A DNA stretch of 64,000 nucleotides, from assembly GCF_009914755.1 (NCBI RefSeq), contig NC_060943.1; one strand, 5' to 3'. A program made the translations under genes and the position numbers. Source of the stretch: the human T2T-CHM13v2.0 reference genome, Homo sapiens. This document shows, piece after piece, positions 25,107 through 40,100 of the stretch; position 1 is the stretch's first letter; each line of letters starts with the position of its first letter. Below the pieces are notes generated by a model, which worked only from the letters and a program-made list of their open reading frames with translations, did not search any database and was not told the DNA's origin.

Positions 25107-28100
25107 ATGATTCTCAGAAATTCCTTTGTGATGTGTGCGTTCAACTCACAGAGTTCAACCTTTCTTTTCATAGAGCAGTTGGGAAACACTCTGTTTGTAA
25201 AGTCTGCAAGTGGATATTCAGACTTCTTTGAGGCCTTCGTTGGAAGCGGGATTTCTTCATATTCTGCTAGACAGAAGAATTCTCAGAAACTTCCTTGTGT
25301 TGTGTGTTTTCAACTCACAGAGTTGAACGATCCTTTACACAGAGCAGACTTGAAACACCCCTTTTGTGGAATTTGCAAGTGGAGATTTCAGCCGCTTTGA
25401 GGTCAATGGTAGAATAGGAAATATCTTCCTATAGAAAGTAGACAGAATGATTCTCAGAAACTCCTTTGTGATGTGTGCGTTCAACTCACACAGTTTAACC
25501 TTTCTTTTCATAGAGCAGTTAGGAAACACTCTGTTTGTAAAGTCTGCAAGTGGATATTCAGACCTCCTTGAGGCCTTCGTTGGAAACGGGATTTCTTCAT
25601 ATTATGCTAGACAGAAGAATTCTCAGTAACTTCCTTGTGTTGTGTGTATTCAACTCACAGAGTTGAACGATCCTTTACACAGAGCAGACTTGAAACACTC
25701 TTTTTGTGGAATTTGCAAGTGGAGATTTCAGCCGCTTTGAGTTCAATGGTAGAATAGGAAATATCTTCCTATAGAAACTAGACAGAATGATTCTCAGAAA
25801 CTCCTTTGTGATGTGTGCGTTCAACTCACAGAGTTCAACCTTTCTTTTCATAGAGCAGTTGGGAAACACTCTGTTTGTAAAGTCTGCAAGTGGATATTCA
25901 GACTTCTTTGAGGCCTTCGTTGGAAGCGGGATTTCTTCATATTCTGCTAGACAGAAGAATTCTCAGAAACTTCCTTGTGTTGTGTGTTTTCAACTCACAG
26001 AGTTGAACGATCCTTTACACAGAGCAGACTTGAAACACTCCTTTTGTGGAATTTGCAAGTGGAGATTTCAGCCGCTTTGAGGTCAATGGTAGAATAGGAA
26101 ATATCTTCCTATAGAAACTAGACAGAATGATTCTCAGAAACTCATTTGTGATGTGTGCGTTCAACTCACAGAGTTTAACCTCTCTTTTCATAGAGCAGTT
26201 GGGAAACACTCTGTTTGTAAAGTCTGCAAGTGGATATTCAGACATCCTTGAGGCTTTCGTTGGAAACGGGATTTCTTCATATTCTGCTAGAAAGAAGAAT
26301 TCTCAGTAACTTCCTTGTGTTGTGTGTATTCAACTCACAGAGTTGCACGATCCTTTACACAGAGCAGACTTGAAACACTCTTTTTGTGGAATTTGCAAGT
26401 GGAGATTTCAGCCGCTTTGAGGTCAATGGTAGAATAGGAAATATCTTCCTATAGAAACTAGACAGAATGATTCTCAGAAACTCCTTTGTGATGTGTGCGT
26501 TCAACTCACAGAGTTCAACCTTTCTTTTCATAGAGCAGTTGGGAAACACTCTGTTTGTAAAGTCTGCAAGTGGATATTCAGACTTCTTTGAGGCCTTCGT
26601 TGGAAGCGGGATTTCTTCATATTCTGCTAGACAGAAGAATTCTCAGTAACTGCCTTGTGTTGTGTGTATTCAACTCACAGAGTTGAACGATCCTTTACAC
26701 AGAGCAGACTTGAAACACTCTTTTTGTGGAATTTGCAAGTGGAGATTTCAGCCGCTTTGAGGTCAATTGTAGAATAGGAAATATCTTCCTATAGACACTA
26801 GACAGAATGATTCTCAGAAACTCCTTTGTGATGTGTGCGTTCAACTCACAGAGTTTAACCTTTCTTTTCATAGAGCAGTTAGGAAACACTCTGTTTGTAC
26901 AGTCTGCAAGTGGATATTCAGACATCCTTGAGGCTTTCGTTGGAAACGGGATTTCTTCATATTCTGCTAGAAAGAAGAATTATCAGTAACTTCCTTGTGT
27001 TGTGTGTATTCAACTCACAGAGTTGAACGATCCTTTACACAGAGCAGACTTGAAACACTCTTTTTGTGGAATTTGCAAGTGGAGATTTCAGCCGCTGTGA
27101 GGTCAATGGTAGAATAGGACATATCTTCCTATAGAAACTAGACAGAATGATTCTCAGAAACTCCTTTGTGATGTGTGCGTTCAACTCACAGAGTTTAACC
27201 TTTCTTTTCATAGAGCAGTTGGGAAACACTCTGTTTGTAAAGTCTGCAAGTGGATATTCAGCCATCCTTGAGGCTTTCGTTGGAAACGGGATTTCTTCAT
27301 ATTCTGCTAGAAAGAAGAATTCTCAGTAACTTCCTTGTGTTGTGTGTATTCAACTCACAGAGTTGAACGATCCTTTACACAGAGCAGACTTGAAACACTC
27401 TTTTTGTGGAATTTGCAAGTGGAGATTTCAGCCGCTTTGAGGTCAATGGTAGAATAGGAAATATCTTCCTATAGAAACTAGACAGAATGATTCTCAGAAA
27501 CTCCTTTGTGATGTGTGCGTTGAACTCACACAGTTTAACCTTTCTTTTCATAGAGCAGTTAGGAAACACTCTGTTTGTAAGGTCTGCAAGTGGATATTCA
27601 GACCTCCTTGAGGCCTTCGTTGGAAACGGGATTTCTTCATATTATGCTAGACAGAAGAATTCTCAGTAACTTCCTTGTGTTGTGTGTATTCAACTCACAG
27701 AGTTGAACGATCCTTTACACAGAGCAGACTTGAAACACTCTTTTTGTGGAATTTGCAAGTGGAGATTTCAGCCGCTTTGAGTTCAATGGTAGAATAGGAA
27801 ATATCTTCCTATAGAAACTAGACAGAATGATTCTCAGAAACTCCTTTGTGATGTGTGCGTTCAACTCACAGAGTTCAACCTTTCTTTTCATAGAGCAGTT
27901 GGGAAACACTCTGTTTGTAAAGTCTGCAAGTGGATATTCAGACTTCTTTGAGGCCTTCGTTGGAAGCGGGATTTCTTCATATTCTGCTAGACAGAAGAAT
28001 TCTCAGAAACTTCCTTGTGTTGTGTGTTTTCAACTCACAGAGTTGAACGATCCTTTACACAGAGCAGACTTGAAACACTCCTTTTGTGGAATTTGCAAGT

Positions 28101-31100
28101 GGAGATTTCAGCCGCTTTGAGGTCAATGGTAGAATAGGAAATATCTTCCTATAGAAAGTAGACAGAATGATTCTCAGAAACTCCTTTGTGATGTGTGCGT
28201 TCAACTCACAGAGTTTAACCTTTCTTTTCATAGAGCAGTTAGGAAACACTCTGTTTGTAAAGTCTGCAAGTGGATATTCAGACCTCCTTGAGGCCTTCGT
28301 TGAAAACGGGATTTCTTCATATTCTGCTAGACAGAAGAATTCTCAGTAACTTCCTTGTGTTGTGTGTATTCAACTCACAGAGTTGAACGATCCTTTACAC
28401 AGAGCAGACTTGAAACACTCTTTTTGTGGAATTTGCAAGTGGAGATTTCAGCCGCTTTGAGGTCAATGGTAGAATAGGAAATATCTTCCTATAGAAACTA
28501 GACAGAATGATTCTCAGAAACTCCTTTGTGATGTGTGCGTTCAACTCACAGAGTTTACCCTTTCTTTTCATAGAGCAGTTAGGAAACACTCTGTTTGTAA
28601 AGTCTGCAAGTGGATATTCAGACATCCTTGAGGCTTTCGTTGGAAACGGGATTTCTTCATATTCTGCCAGAAAAAAGAATTCTCAGTAACTTCCTTGTGT
28701 TGTGTGTATTCAACTCACAGAGTTGAACGATCCTTTACACAGAGCAGACTTGAAACACTCTTTTTGTGGAATTTGCAAGTGGAGATTTCAGCCGCTTTGT
28801 GTTCAATGGTAGAATAGGAAATATCTTCCTATAGAAACTAGACAGAATGATTCTCAGAAACTCCTTTGTGATGTGTGCGTTCAACTCACAGAGTTCAACC
28901 TTTCTTTTCATAGAGCAGTTGGGAAACACTCTGTTTGTAAAGTCTGCAAGTGGATATTCAGACTTCTTTGAGGCCTTCGTTGGAAGCGGGATTACTTCAT
29001 ATTCTGCTAGACAGAAGAATTCTCAGTAACTTCCTTGTGTTGTGTGTATTCAACTCACAGAGTTGAACGATCCTTTACACAGAGCAGACTTGAAACACTC
29101 CTTTTGTGGAATTTGCAAGTGGAGATTTCAGCCGCTTTGAGGTCAATGGTAGAATAGGAAATATCTTCCTATAGAAAGTAGACAGAATGATTCTCAGAAA
29201 CTCCTTTGTGATGTGTGCGTTCAACTCACAGAGTTTAACCTTTCTTTTCATAGAGCAGTTAGGAAACACTCTGTTTGTAAAGTCTGCAAGTGGATATTCA
29301 GACCTCCTTGAGGCCTTCGTTGGAAACGGGATTTCTTCATATTCTGCTAGACAGAAGAATTCTCAGTAACTTCCTTGTGTTGTGTGTATTCAACTCACAG
29401 AGTTGAACGATCCTTTACACAGAGCAGACTTGAAACACTCTTTTTGTGGAATTTGCAAGTGGAGATTTCAGCCGCTTTGAGGTCAATGGTAGAATAGGAA
29501 ATATCTTCCTATAGAAACTAGACAGAATGATTCTCAGAAACTCCTTTGTGATGTGTGCGTTCAACTCACAGAGTTTAACCTTTCTTTTCATAGAGCAGTT
29601 AGGAAACACTCTGTTTGTAAAGTCTGCAAGTGGATATTCAGACATCCTTGAGGCTTTCGTTGGAAACGGGATTTCTTCATATTCTGCTAGAAAGAAGAAT
29701 TCTCAGTAACTTCCTTGTGTTCTGTGTATTCAACTCACAGAGTTGAACGATCCTTTACACAGAGCAGACTTGAAGCACTCCTTTTGTGGAATTTGCAAGT
29801 GGAGATTTCAGCCGCTTTGAGGTCAATGGTAGAATAGGAAATATCTTCCTATAGAAACTAGACAGAATGATTCTCAGAAACTCCTTTGTGATGTGTGCGT
29901 TCAACTCACAGAGTTTAACCTTTCTTTTCATAGAGCAGTTCGGAAACACTCTGTTTGTAAAGTCTGCAAGTGGATATTCAGACATCCTTGAGGCTTTCGT
30001 TGGAAACGGGATTTCTTCATATTCTGCTAGAAAGAAGAATTCTCAGTAACTTCCTTGTGTTGTGTGTATTCAACTCACAGAGTTGAACGATCCTTTACAC
30101 AGAGCAGACTTGAAACACTCTTTTTGTGGAATTTGCAAGTGGAGATTTCAGCCGCTTTGAGGTCAATGGTAGAATAGGAAATATCTTCCTATAGAAACTA
30201 GACAGAATGATTCTCAGAAACTCCTTTGTGATGTGTGCGTTCAACTCACACAGTTTAACCTTTCTTTTCATAGAGCAGTTAGGAAACACTCTGTTTGTAA
30301 AGTCTGCAAGTGGATATTCAGACCTCCTTGAGGCCTTCGTTGGAAACGGGATTTCTTCATATTATGCTAGACAGAAGAATTCTCAGTAACTTCCTTGTGT
30401 TGTGTGTATTCAACTCACAGAGTTGAACGATCCTTTACACAGAGCAGACTTGAAACACTCTTTTTGTGGAATTTGCAAGTGGAGATTTCAGCCGCTTTGA
30501 GTTCAATGGTAGAATAGGAAATATCTTCCTATAGAAACTAGACAGAATGATTCTCAGAAACTCCTTTGTGATGTGTGCGTTCAACTCACAGAGTTCAACC
30601 TTTCTTTTCATAGAGCAGTTGGGAAACACTCTGTTTGTAAAGTCTGCAAGTGGATATTCAGACTTCTTTGAGGCCTTCGTTGGAAGCGGGATTTCTTCAT
30701 ATTCTGCTAGACAGAAGAATTCTCAGAAACTTCCTTGTGTTGTGTGTTTTCAACTCACAGAGTTGAACGATCCTTTACACAGAGCAGACTTGAAACACTC
30801 CTTTTGTGGAATTTGCAAGTGGAGATTTCAGCCGCTTTGAGGTCAATGGTAGAATAGGAAATATCTTCCTATAGAAAGTAGACAGAATGATTCTCAGAAA
30901 CTCCTTTGTGATGTGTGCGTTCAACTCACAGAGTTTAACCTTTCTTTTCATAGAGCAGTTAGGAAACACTCTGTTTGTAAAGTCTGCAAGTGGATATTCA
31001 GACCTCCTTGAGGCCTTCGTTGGAAACGGGATTTCTTCATATTCTGCTAGACAGAAGAATTCTCAGTAACTTCCTTGTGTTGTGTGTATTCAACTCACAG

Positions 31101-34100
31101 AGTTGAACGATCCTTTACACAGAGCAGACTTGAAACACTCTTTTTGTGGAATTTGCAAGTGGAGATTTCAGCCGCTGTGAGGTCAATGGTAGAATAGGAA
31201 ATATCTTCCTATAGAAACTAGACAGAATGATTCTCAGAAACTCCTTTGTGATGTGTGCGTTCAACTCACAGAGTTTAACCTTTCTTTTCATAGAGCAGTT
31301 AGGAAACACTCTGTTTGTAAAGTCTGCAAGTGGATATTCAGACATCCTTGAGGCTTTCGTTGGAAACGGGATTTCTTCATATTCTGCTAGAAAGAAGAAT
31401 TCTCAGTAACTTCCTTGTGTTGTGTGTATTCAACTCACAGAGTTGAACGATCCTTTACACAGAGCAGACTTGAAACACTCTTTTTGTGGAATTTGCAAGT
31501 GGAGATTTCAGCCGCTTTGAGTTCAATGGTAGAATAGGAAATATCTTCCTATAGAAACTAGACAGAATGATTCTCAGAAACTCCTTTGTGATGTGTGCGT
31601 TCAACTCACAGAGTTCAACCTTTCTTTTCATAGAGCAGTTGGGAAACACTCTGTTTGTAAAGTCTGCAAGTGGATATTCAGACTTCTTTGAGGCCTTCGT
31701 TGGAAGCGGGATTTCTTCATATTCTGCTAGACAGAAGAATTCTCAGAAACTTCCTTGTGTTGTGTGTTTTCAACTCACAGAGTTGAACGATCCTTTACAC
31801 AGAGCAGACTTGAAACACTCCTTTTGTGGAATTTGCAAGTGGAGATTTCAGCCGCTTTGAGGTCAATGGTAGAATAGGAAATATCTTCCTATAGAAAGTA
31901 GACAGAATGATTCTCAGAAACTCTTTTGTGATGTGTGCGTTCAACTCACAGAGTTTAACCTTTCTTTTCATAGAGCAGTTAGGAAACACTCTGTTTGTAA
32001 AGTCTGCAAGTGGATATTCAGACCTCCTTGAGGCCTTCGTTGGAAACGGGATTTCTTCATATTCTGCTAGACAGAAGAATTCTCAGTAACTTCCTTGTGT
32101 TGTGTGTATTCAACTCACAGAGTTGAACGATCCTTTACACAGAGCAGACTTGAAACACTCTTTTTGTGGAATTTGCAAGTGGAGATTTCAGCCGCTTTGA
32201 GGTCAATGGTAGAATAGGAAATATCTTCCTATAGAAACTAGACAGAATGATTCTCAGAAACTCCTTTGTGATGTGTGCGTTCAACTCACAGAGTTTAACC
32301 TTTCTTTTCATAGAGCAGTTAGTAAACACTCTGTTTGTAAAGTCTGCAAGTGGATATTCAGACATCCTTGAGGCTTTCGTTGGAAACGGGATTTCTTCAT
32401 ATTCTGCTAGAAAGAAGAATTCTCAGTAACTTCCTTGTGTTGTGTGTATTCAACTCACAGAGTTGAACGATCCTTTACACAGAGCAGACTTGAAACACTC
32501 CTTTTGTGGAATTTGCAAGTGGAGATTTCAGCCGCTTTGAGGTCAATGGTAGAATAGGAAATATCTTCCTATAGAAACTAGACAGAATGATTCTCAGAAA
32601 CTCCTTTGTGATGTGTGCGTTCAACTCACAGAGTTTAACCTTTCTTTTCATAGAGCAGTTGGGAAACACTCTGTTTGTAAAGTCTGCAAGTGGATATTCA
32701 GACATCCTTGAGGCTTTCGTTGGAAACGGGATTTCTTCATATTCTGCTAGAAAGAAGAATTCTCAGTAACTTCCTTGTGTTGTGTGTATTCAACTCACAG
32801 AGTTGAACGATCCTTTACACAGAGCAGACTTGAAACACTCTTTTTGTGGAATTTGCAAGTGGAGATTTCAGCCGCTTTGAGGTCAATGGTAGAATAGGAA
32901 ATATCTTCCTATAGAAAGTAGACAGAATGATTCTCAGAAACTCCTTTGTGATGTGTGCGTTCAACTCACAGAGTTTAACCTTTCTTTTCATAGAGCAGTT
33001 AGGAAACACTCTGTTTGTAAAGTCTGCAAGTGGATATTCAGACCTCCTTGAGGCCTTCGTTGGAAACGGGATTTCTTCATATTATGCTAGACAGAAGAAT
33101 TCTCAGTAACTTCCTTGTGTTGTGTGTATTCAACTCACAGAGTTGAACGATCCTTTACACAGAGCAGACTTGAAACACTCTTTTTGTGGAATTTGCAAGT
33201 GGAGATTTCAGCCGCTTTGAGTTCAATGGTAGAATAGGAAATATCTTCCTATAGAAACTAGACAGAATGATTCTCAGAAACTCCTTTGTGATGTGTGCGT
33301 TCAACTCACAGAGTTCAACCTTTCTTTTCATAGAGCAGTTGGGAAACACTCTGTTTGTAAAGTCTGCAAGTGGATATTCAGACTTCTTTGAGGCCTTCGT
33401 TGGAAGCGGGATTTCTTCATATTCTGCTAGACAGAAGAATTCTCAGTAACTTCCTTGTGTTGTGTGTATTCAACTCACAGAGTTGAACGATCCTTTACAC
33501 AGAGCAGACTTGAAACACTCCTTTTGTGGAATTTGCAAGTGGAGATTTCAGCCGCTTTGAGGTCAATGGTAGAATAGGAAATATCTTCCTATAGAAACTA
33601 GACAGAATGATTCTCAGAAACTCCTTTGTGATGTGTGCGTTCAACTCACAGAGTTTAACCTCTCTTTTCATAGAGCAGTTGGGAAACACTCTGTTTGTAA
33701 AGTCTGCAAGTGGATATTCAGACATCCTTGAGGCTTTCGTTGGAAACGGGATTTCTTCATATTCTGCTAGAAAGAAGAATTCTCAGTAACTTCCTTGTGT
33801 TGTGTGTATTCAACTCACAGAGTTGCACGATCCTTTACACAGAGCAGACTTGAAACACTCTTTTTGTGGAATTTGCAAGTGGAGATTTCAGCCGCTTTGA
33901 GGTCAATGGTAGAATAGGAAATATCTTCCTATAGAAACTAGACAGAATGATTCTCAGAAACTCCTTTGTGATGTGTGCGTTCAACTCACAGAGTTTAACC
34001 TTTCTTTTCATAGAGCAGTTGGGAAACACTCTGTTTGTAAAGTCTGCAAGTGGATATTCAGACCTCCTTGAGGCCTTCGTTGGAAACGGGATTTCTTCAT

Positions 34101-37100
34101 ATTATGCTAGACAGAAGAATTCTCAGTAACTTCCTTGTGTTGTGTGTATTCAACTCACAGAGTTGAACGATCCTTTACACAGAGCAGACTTGAAACACTC
34201 TTTTTGTGGAATTTGCAAGTGGAGATTTCAGCCGCTTTGAGTTCAATGGTAGAATAGGAAATATCTTCCTATAGAAACTAGACAGAATGATTCTCAGAAA
34301 CTCCTTTGTGATGTGTGCGTTCAACTCACAGAGTTCAACCTTTCTTTTCATAGAGCAGTTGGGAAACACTCTGTTTGTAAAGTCTGCAAGTGGATATTCA
34401 GACTTCTTTGAGGCCTTCGTTGGAAGCGGGATTTCTTCATATTCTGCTAGACAGAAGAATTCTCAGAAACTTCCTTGTGTTGTGTGTTTTCAACTCACAG
34501 AGTTGAACGATCCTTTACACAGAGCAGACTTGAAACACCCCTTTTGTGGAATTTGCAAGTGGAGATTTCAGCCGCTTTGAGGTCAATGGTAGAATAGGAA
34601 ATATCTTCCTATAGAAAGTAGACAGAATGATTCTCAGAAACTCCTTTGTGATGTGTGCGTTCAACTCACACAGTTTAACCTTTCTTTTCATAGAGCAGTT
34701 AGGAAACACTCTGTTTGTAAAGTCTGCAAGTGGATATTCAGACCTCCTTGAGGCCTTCGTTGGAAACGGGATTTCTTCATATTATGCTAGACAGAAGAAT
34801 TCTCAGTAACTTCCTTGTGTTGTGTGTATTCAACTCACAGAGTTGAACGATCCTTTACACAGAGCAGACTTGAAACACTCTTTTTGTGGAATTTGCAAGT
34901 GGAGATTTCAGCCGCTTTGAGTTCAATGGTAGAATAGGAAATATCTTCCTATAGAAACTAGACAGAATGATTCTCAGAAACTCCTTTGTGATGTGTGCGT
35001 TCAACTCACAGAGTTCAACCTTTCTTTTCATAGAGCAGTTGGGAAACACTCTGTTTGTAAAGTCTGCAAGTGGATATTCAGACTTCTTTGAGGCCTTCGT
35101 TGGAAGCGGGATTTCTTCATATTCTGCTAGACAGAAGAATTCTCAGAAACTTCCTTGTGTTGTGTGTTTTCAACTCACAGAGTTGAACGATCCTTTACAC
35201 AGAGCAGACTTGAAACACTCCTTTTGTGGAATTTGCAAGTGGAGATTTCAGCCGCTTTGAGGTCAATGGTAGAATAGGAAATATCTTCCTATAGAAACTA
35301 GACAGAATGATTCTCAGAAACTCATTTGTGATGTGTGCGTTCAACTCACAGAGTTTAACCTCTCTTTTCATAGAGCAGTTGGGAAACACTCTGTTTGTAA
35401 AGTCTGCAAGTGGATATTCAGACATCCTTGAGGCTTTCGTTGGAAACGGGATTTCTTCATATTCTGCTAGAAAGAAGAATTCTCAGTAACTTCCTTGTGT
35501 TGTGTGTATTCAACTCACAGAGTTGCACGATCCTTTACACAGAGCAGACTTGAAACACTCTTTTTGTGGAATTTGCAAGTGGAGATTTCAGCCGCTTTGA
35601 GGTCAATGGTAGAATAGGAAATATCTTCCTATAGAAACTAGACAGAATGATTCTCAGAAACTCCTTTGTGATGTGTGCGTTCAACTCACAGAGTTCAACC
35701 TTTCTTTTCATAGAGCAGTTGGGAAACACTCTGTTTGTAAAGTCTGCAAGTGGATATTCAGACTTCTTTGAGGCCTTCGTTGGAAGCGGGATTTCTTCAT
35801 ATTCTGCTAGACAGAAGAATTCTCAGTAACTGCCTTGTGTTGTGTGTATTCAACTCACAGAGTTGAACGATCCTTTACACAGAGCAGACTTGAAACACTC
35901 TTTTTGTGGAATTTGCAAGTGGAGATTTCAGCCGCTTTGAGGTCAATGGTAGAATAGGAAATATCTTCCTATAGAAACTAGACAGAATGATTCTCAGAAA
36001 CTCCTTTGTGATGTGTGCGTTCAACTCACAGAGTTTACCCTTTCTTTTCATAGAGCAGTTAGGAAACACTCTGTTTGTAAAGTCTGCAAGTGGATATTCA
36101 GACATCCTTGAGGCTTTCGTTGGAAACGGGATTTCTTCATATTCTGCCAGAAAGAAGAATTCTCAGTAACTTCCTTGTGTTGTGTGTATTCAACTCACAG
36201 AGTTGAACGATCCTTTACACAGAGCAGACTTGAAACACTCTTTTTGTGGAATTTGCAAGTGGAGATTTCAGCCGCTTTGAGGTCAATGGTAGAATAGGAA
36301 ATATCTTCCTATAGACACTAGACAGAATGATTCTCAGAAACTCCTTTGTGATGTGTGCGTTCAACTCACAGAGTTTAACCTTTCTTTTCATAGAGCAGTT
36401 AGGAAACACTCTGTTTGTACAGTCTGCAAGTGGATATTCAGACATCCTTGAGGCTTTCGTTGGAAACGGGATTTCTTCATATTCTGCTAGAAAGAAGAAT
36501 TATCAGTAACTTCCTTGTGTTGTGTGTATTCAACTCACAGAGTTGAACGATCCTTTACACAGAGCAGACTTGAAACACTCTTTTTGTGGAATTTGCAAGT
36601 GGAGATTTCAGCCGCTGTGAGGTCAATGGTAGAATAGGACATATCTTCCTATAGAAACTAGACAGAATGATTCTCAGAAACTCCTTTGTGATGTGTGCGT
36701 TCAACTCACAGAGTTTAACCTTTCTTTTCATAGAGCAGTTGGGAAACACTCTGTTTGTAAAGTCTGCAAGTGGATATTCAGACATCCTTGAGGCTTTCGT
36801 TGGAAACGGGATTTCTTCATATTCTGCTAGAAAGAAGAATTCTCAGTAACTTCCTTGTGTTGTGTGTATTCAACTCACAGAGTTGAACGATCCTTTACAC
36901 AGAGCAGACTTGAAACACTCTTTTTGTGGAATTTGCAAGTGGAGATTTCAGCCGCTTTGAGGTCAATGGTAGAATAGGAAATATCTTCCTATAGAAACTA
37001 GACAGAATGATTCTCAGAAACTCCTTTGTGATGTGTGCGTTGAACTCACACAGTTTAACCTTTCTTTTCATAGAGCAGTTAGGAAACACTCTGTTTGTAA

Positions 37101-40100
37101 AGTCTGCAAGTGGATATTCAGACCTCCTTGAGGCCTTCGTTGGAAACGGGATTTCTTCATATTATGCTAGACAGAAGAATTCTCAGTAACTTCCTTGTGT
37201 TGTGTGTATTCAACTCACAGAGTTGAACGATCCTTTACACAGAGCAGACTTGAAACACTCTTTTTGTGGAATTTGCAAGTGGAGATTTCAGCCGCTTTGA
37301 GTTCAATGGTAGAATAGGAAATATCTTCCTATAGAAACTAGACAGAATGATTCTCAGAAACTCCTTTGTGATGTGTGCGTTCAACTCACAGAGTTCAACC
37401 TTTCTTTTCATAGAGCAGTTGGGAAACACTCTGTTTGTAAAGTCTGCAAGTGGATATTCAGACTTCTTTGAGGCCTTCGTTGGAAGCGGGATTTCTTCAT
37501 ATTCTGCTAGACACAAGAATTCTCAGAAACTTCCTTGTGTTGTGTGTTTTCAACTCACAGAGTTGAACGATCCTTTACACAGAGCAGACTTGAAACACTC
37601 CTTTTGTGGAATTTGCAAGTGGAGATTTCAGCCGCTTTGAGGTCAATGGTAGAATAGGAAATATCTTCCTATAGAAAGTAGACAGAATGATTCTCAGAAA
37701 CTCCTTTGTGATGTGTGCGTTCAACTCACAGAGTTTAACCTTTCTTTTCATAGAGCAGTTAGGAAACACTCTGTTTGTAAAGTCTGCAAGTGGATATTCA
37801 GACCTCCTTGAGGCCTTCGTTGAAAACGGGATTTCTTCATATTCTGCTAGACAGAAGAATTCTCAGTAACTTCCTTGTGTTGTGTGTATTCAACTCACAG
37901 AGTTGAACGATCCTTTACACAGAGCAGACTTGAAACACTCTTTTTGTGGAATTTGCAAGTGGAGATTTCAGCCGCTTTGAGGTCAATGGTAGAATAGGAA
38001 ATATCTTCCTATAGAAACTAGACAGAATGATTCTCAGAAACTCCTTTGTGATGTGTGCGTTCAACTCACAGAGTTTACCCTTTCTTTTCATAGAGCAGTT
38101 AGGAAACACTCTGTTTGTAAAGTCTGCAAGTGGATATTCAGACATCCTTGAGGCTTTCGTTGGAAACGGGATTTCTTCATATTCTGCCAGAAAAAAGAAT
38201 TCTCAGTAACTTCCTTGTGTTGTGTGTATTCAACTCACAGAGTTGAACGATCCTTTACACAGAGCAGACTTGAAACACTCTTTTTGTGGAATTTGCAAGT
38301 GGAGATTTCAGCCGCTTTGTGTTCAATGGTAGAATAGGAAATATCTTCCTATAGAAACTAGACAGAATGATTCTCAGAAACTCCTTTGTGATGTGTGCGT
38401 TCAACTCACAGAGTTCAACCTTTCTTTTCATAGAGCAGTTGGGAAACACTCTGTTTGTAAAGTCTGCAAGTGGATATTCAGACTTCTTTGAGGCCTTCGT
38501 TGGAAGCGGGATTACTTCATATTCTGCTAGACAGAAGAATTCTCAGTAACTTCCTTGTGTTGTGTGTATTCAACTCACAGAGTTGAACGATCCTTTACAC
38601 AGAGCAGACTTGAAACACTCCTTTTGTGGAATTTGCAAGTGGAGATTTCAGCCGCTTTGAGGTCAATGGTAGAATAGGAAATATCTTCCTATAGAAAGTA
38701 GACAGAATGATTCTCAGAAACTCCTTTGTGATGTGTGCGTTCAACTCACAGAGTTTAACCTTTCTTTTCATAGAGCAGTTAGGAAACACTCTGTTTGTAA
38801 AGTCTGCAAGTGGATATTCAGACCTCCTTGAGGCCTTCGTTGGAAACGGGATTTCTTCATATTCTGCTAGACAGAAGAATTCTCAGTAACTTCCTTGTGT
38901 TGTGTGTATTCAACTCACAGAGTTGAACGATCCTTTACACAGAGCAGACTTGAAACACTCTTTTTGTGGAATTTGCAAGTGGAGATTTCAGCCGCTTTGA
39001 GGTCAATGGTAGAATAGGAAATATCTTCCTATAGAAACTAGACAGAATGATTCTCAGAAACTCCTTTGTGATGTGTGCGTTCAACTCACAGAGTTTAACC
39101 TTTCTTTTCATAGAGCAGTTAGGAAACACTCTGTTTGTAAAGTCTGCAAGTGGATATTCAGACATCCTTGAGGCTTTCGTTGGAAACGGGATTTCTTCAT
39201 ATTCTGCTAGAAAGAAGAATTCTCAGTAACTTCCTTGTGTTCTGTGTATTCAACTCACAGAGTTGAACGATCCTTTACACAGAGCAGACTTGAAGCACTC
39301 CTTTTGTGGAATTTGCAAGTGGAGATTTCAGCCGCTTTGAGGTCAATGGTAGAATAGGAAATATCTTCCTATAGAAACTAGACAGAATGATTCTCAGAAA
39401 CTCCTTTGTGATGTGTGCGTTCAACTCACAGAGTTTAACCTTTCTTTTCATAGAGCAGTTCGGAAACACTCTGTTTGTAAAGTCTGCAAGTGGATATTCA
39501 GACATCCTTGAGGCTTTCGTTGGAAACGGGATTTCTTCATATTCTGCTAGAAAGAAGAATTCTCAGTAACTTCCTTGTGTTGTGTGTTTTCAACTCACAG
39601 AGTTGAACGATCCTTTACACAGAGCAGACTTGAAACACTCCTTTTGTGGAATTTGCAAGTGGAGATTTCAGCCGCTTTGAGGTCAATGGTAGAATAGGAA
39701 ATATCTTCCTATAGAAAGTAGACAGAATGATTCTCAGAAACTCTTTTGTGATGTGTGCGTTCAACTCACAGAGTTTAACCTTTCTTTTCATAGAGCAGTT
39801 AGGAAACACTCTGTTTGTAAAGTCTGCAAGTGGATATTCAGACCTCCTTGAGGCCTTCGTTGGAAACGGGATTTCTTCATATTCTGCTAGACAGAAGAAT
39901 TCTCAGTAACTTCCTTGTGTTGTGTGTATTCAACTCACAGAGTTGAACGATCCTTTACACAGAGCAGACTTGAAACACTCTTTTTGTGGAATTTGCAAGT
40001 GGAGATTTCAGCCGCTTTGAGGTCAATGGTAGAATAGGAAATATCTTCCTATAGAAACTAGACAGAATGATTCTCAGAAACTCCTTTGTGATGTGTGCGT

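Noticed and set aside
28295-37831. CTTCGTTGAAAACGGGA boxes (28295, 37815) and the common AAGCGGG boxes as broken CENP-B boxes
   Set aside because: The changes fall at non-core positions 9 and 12. The nTTCGnnnnAnnCGGGn core is intact.
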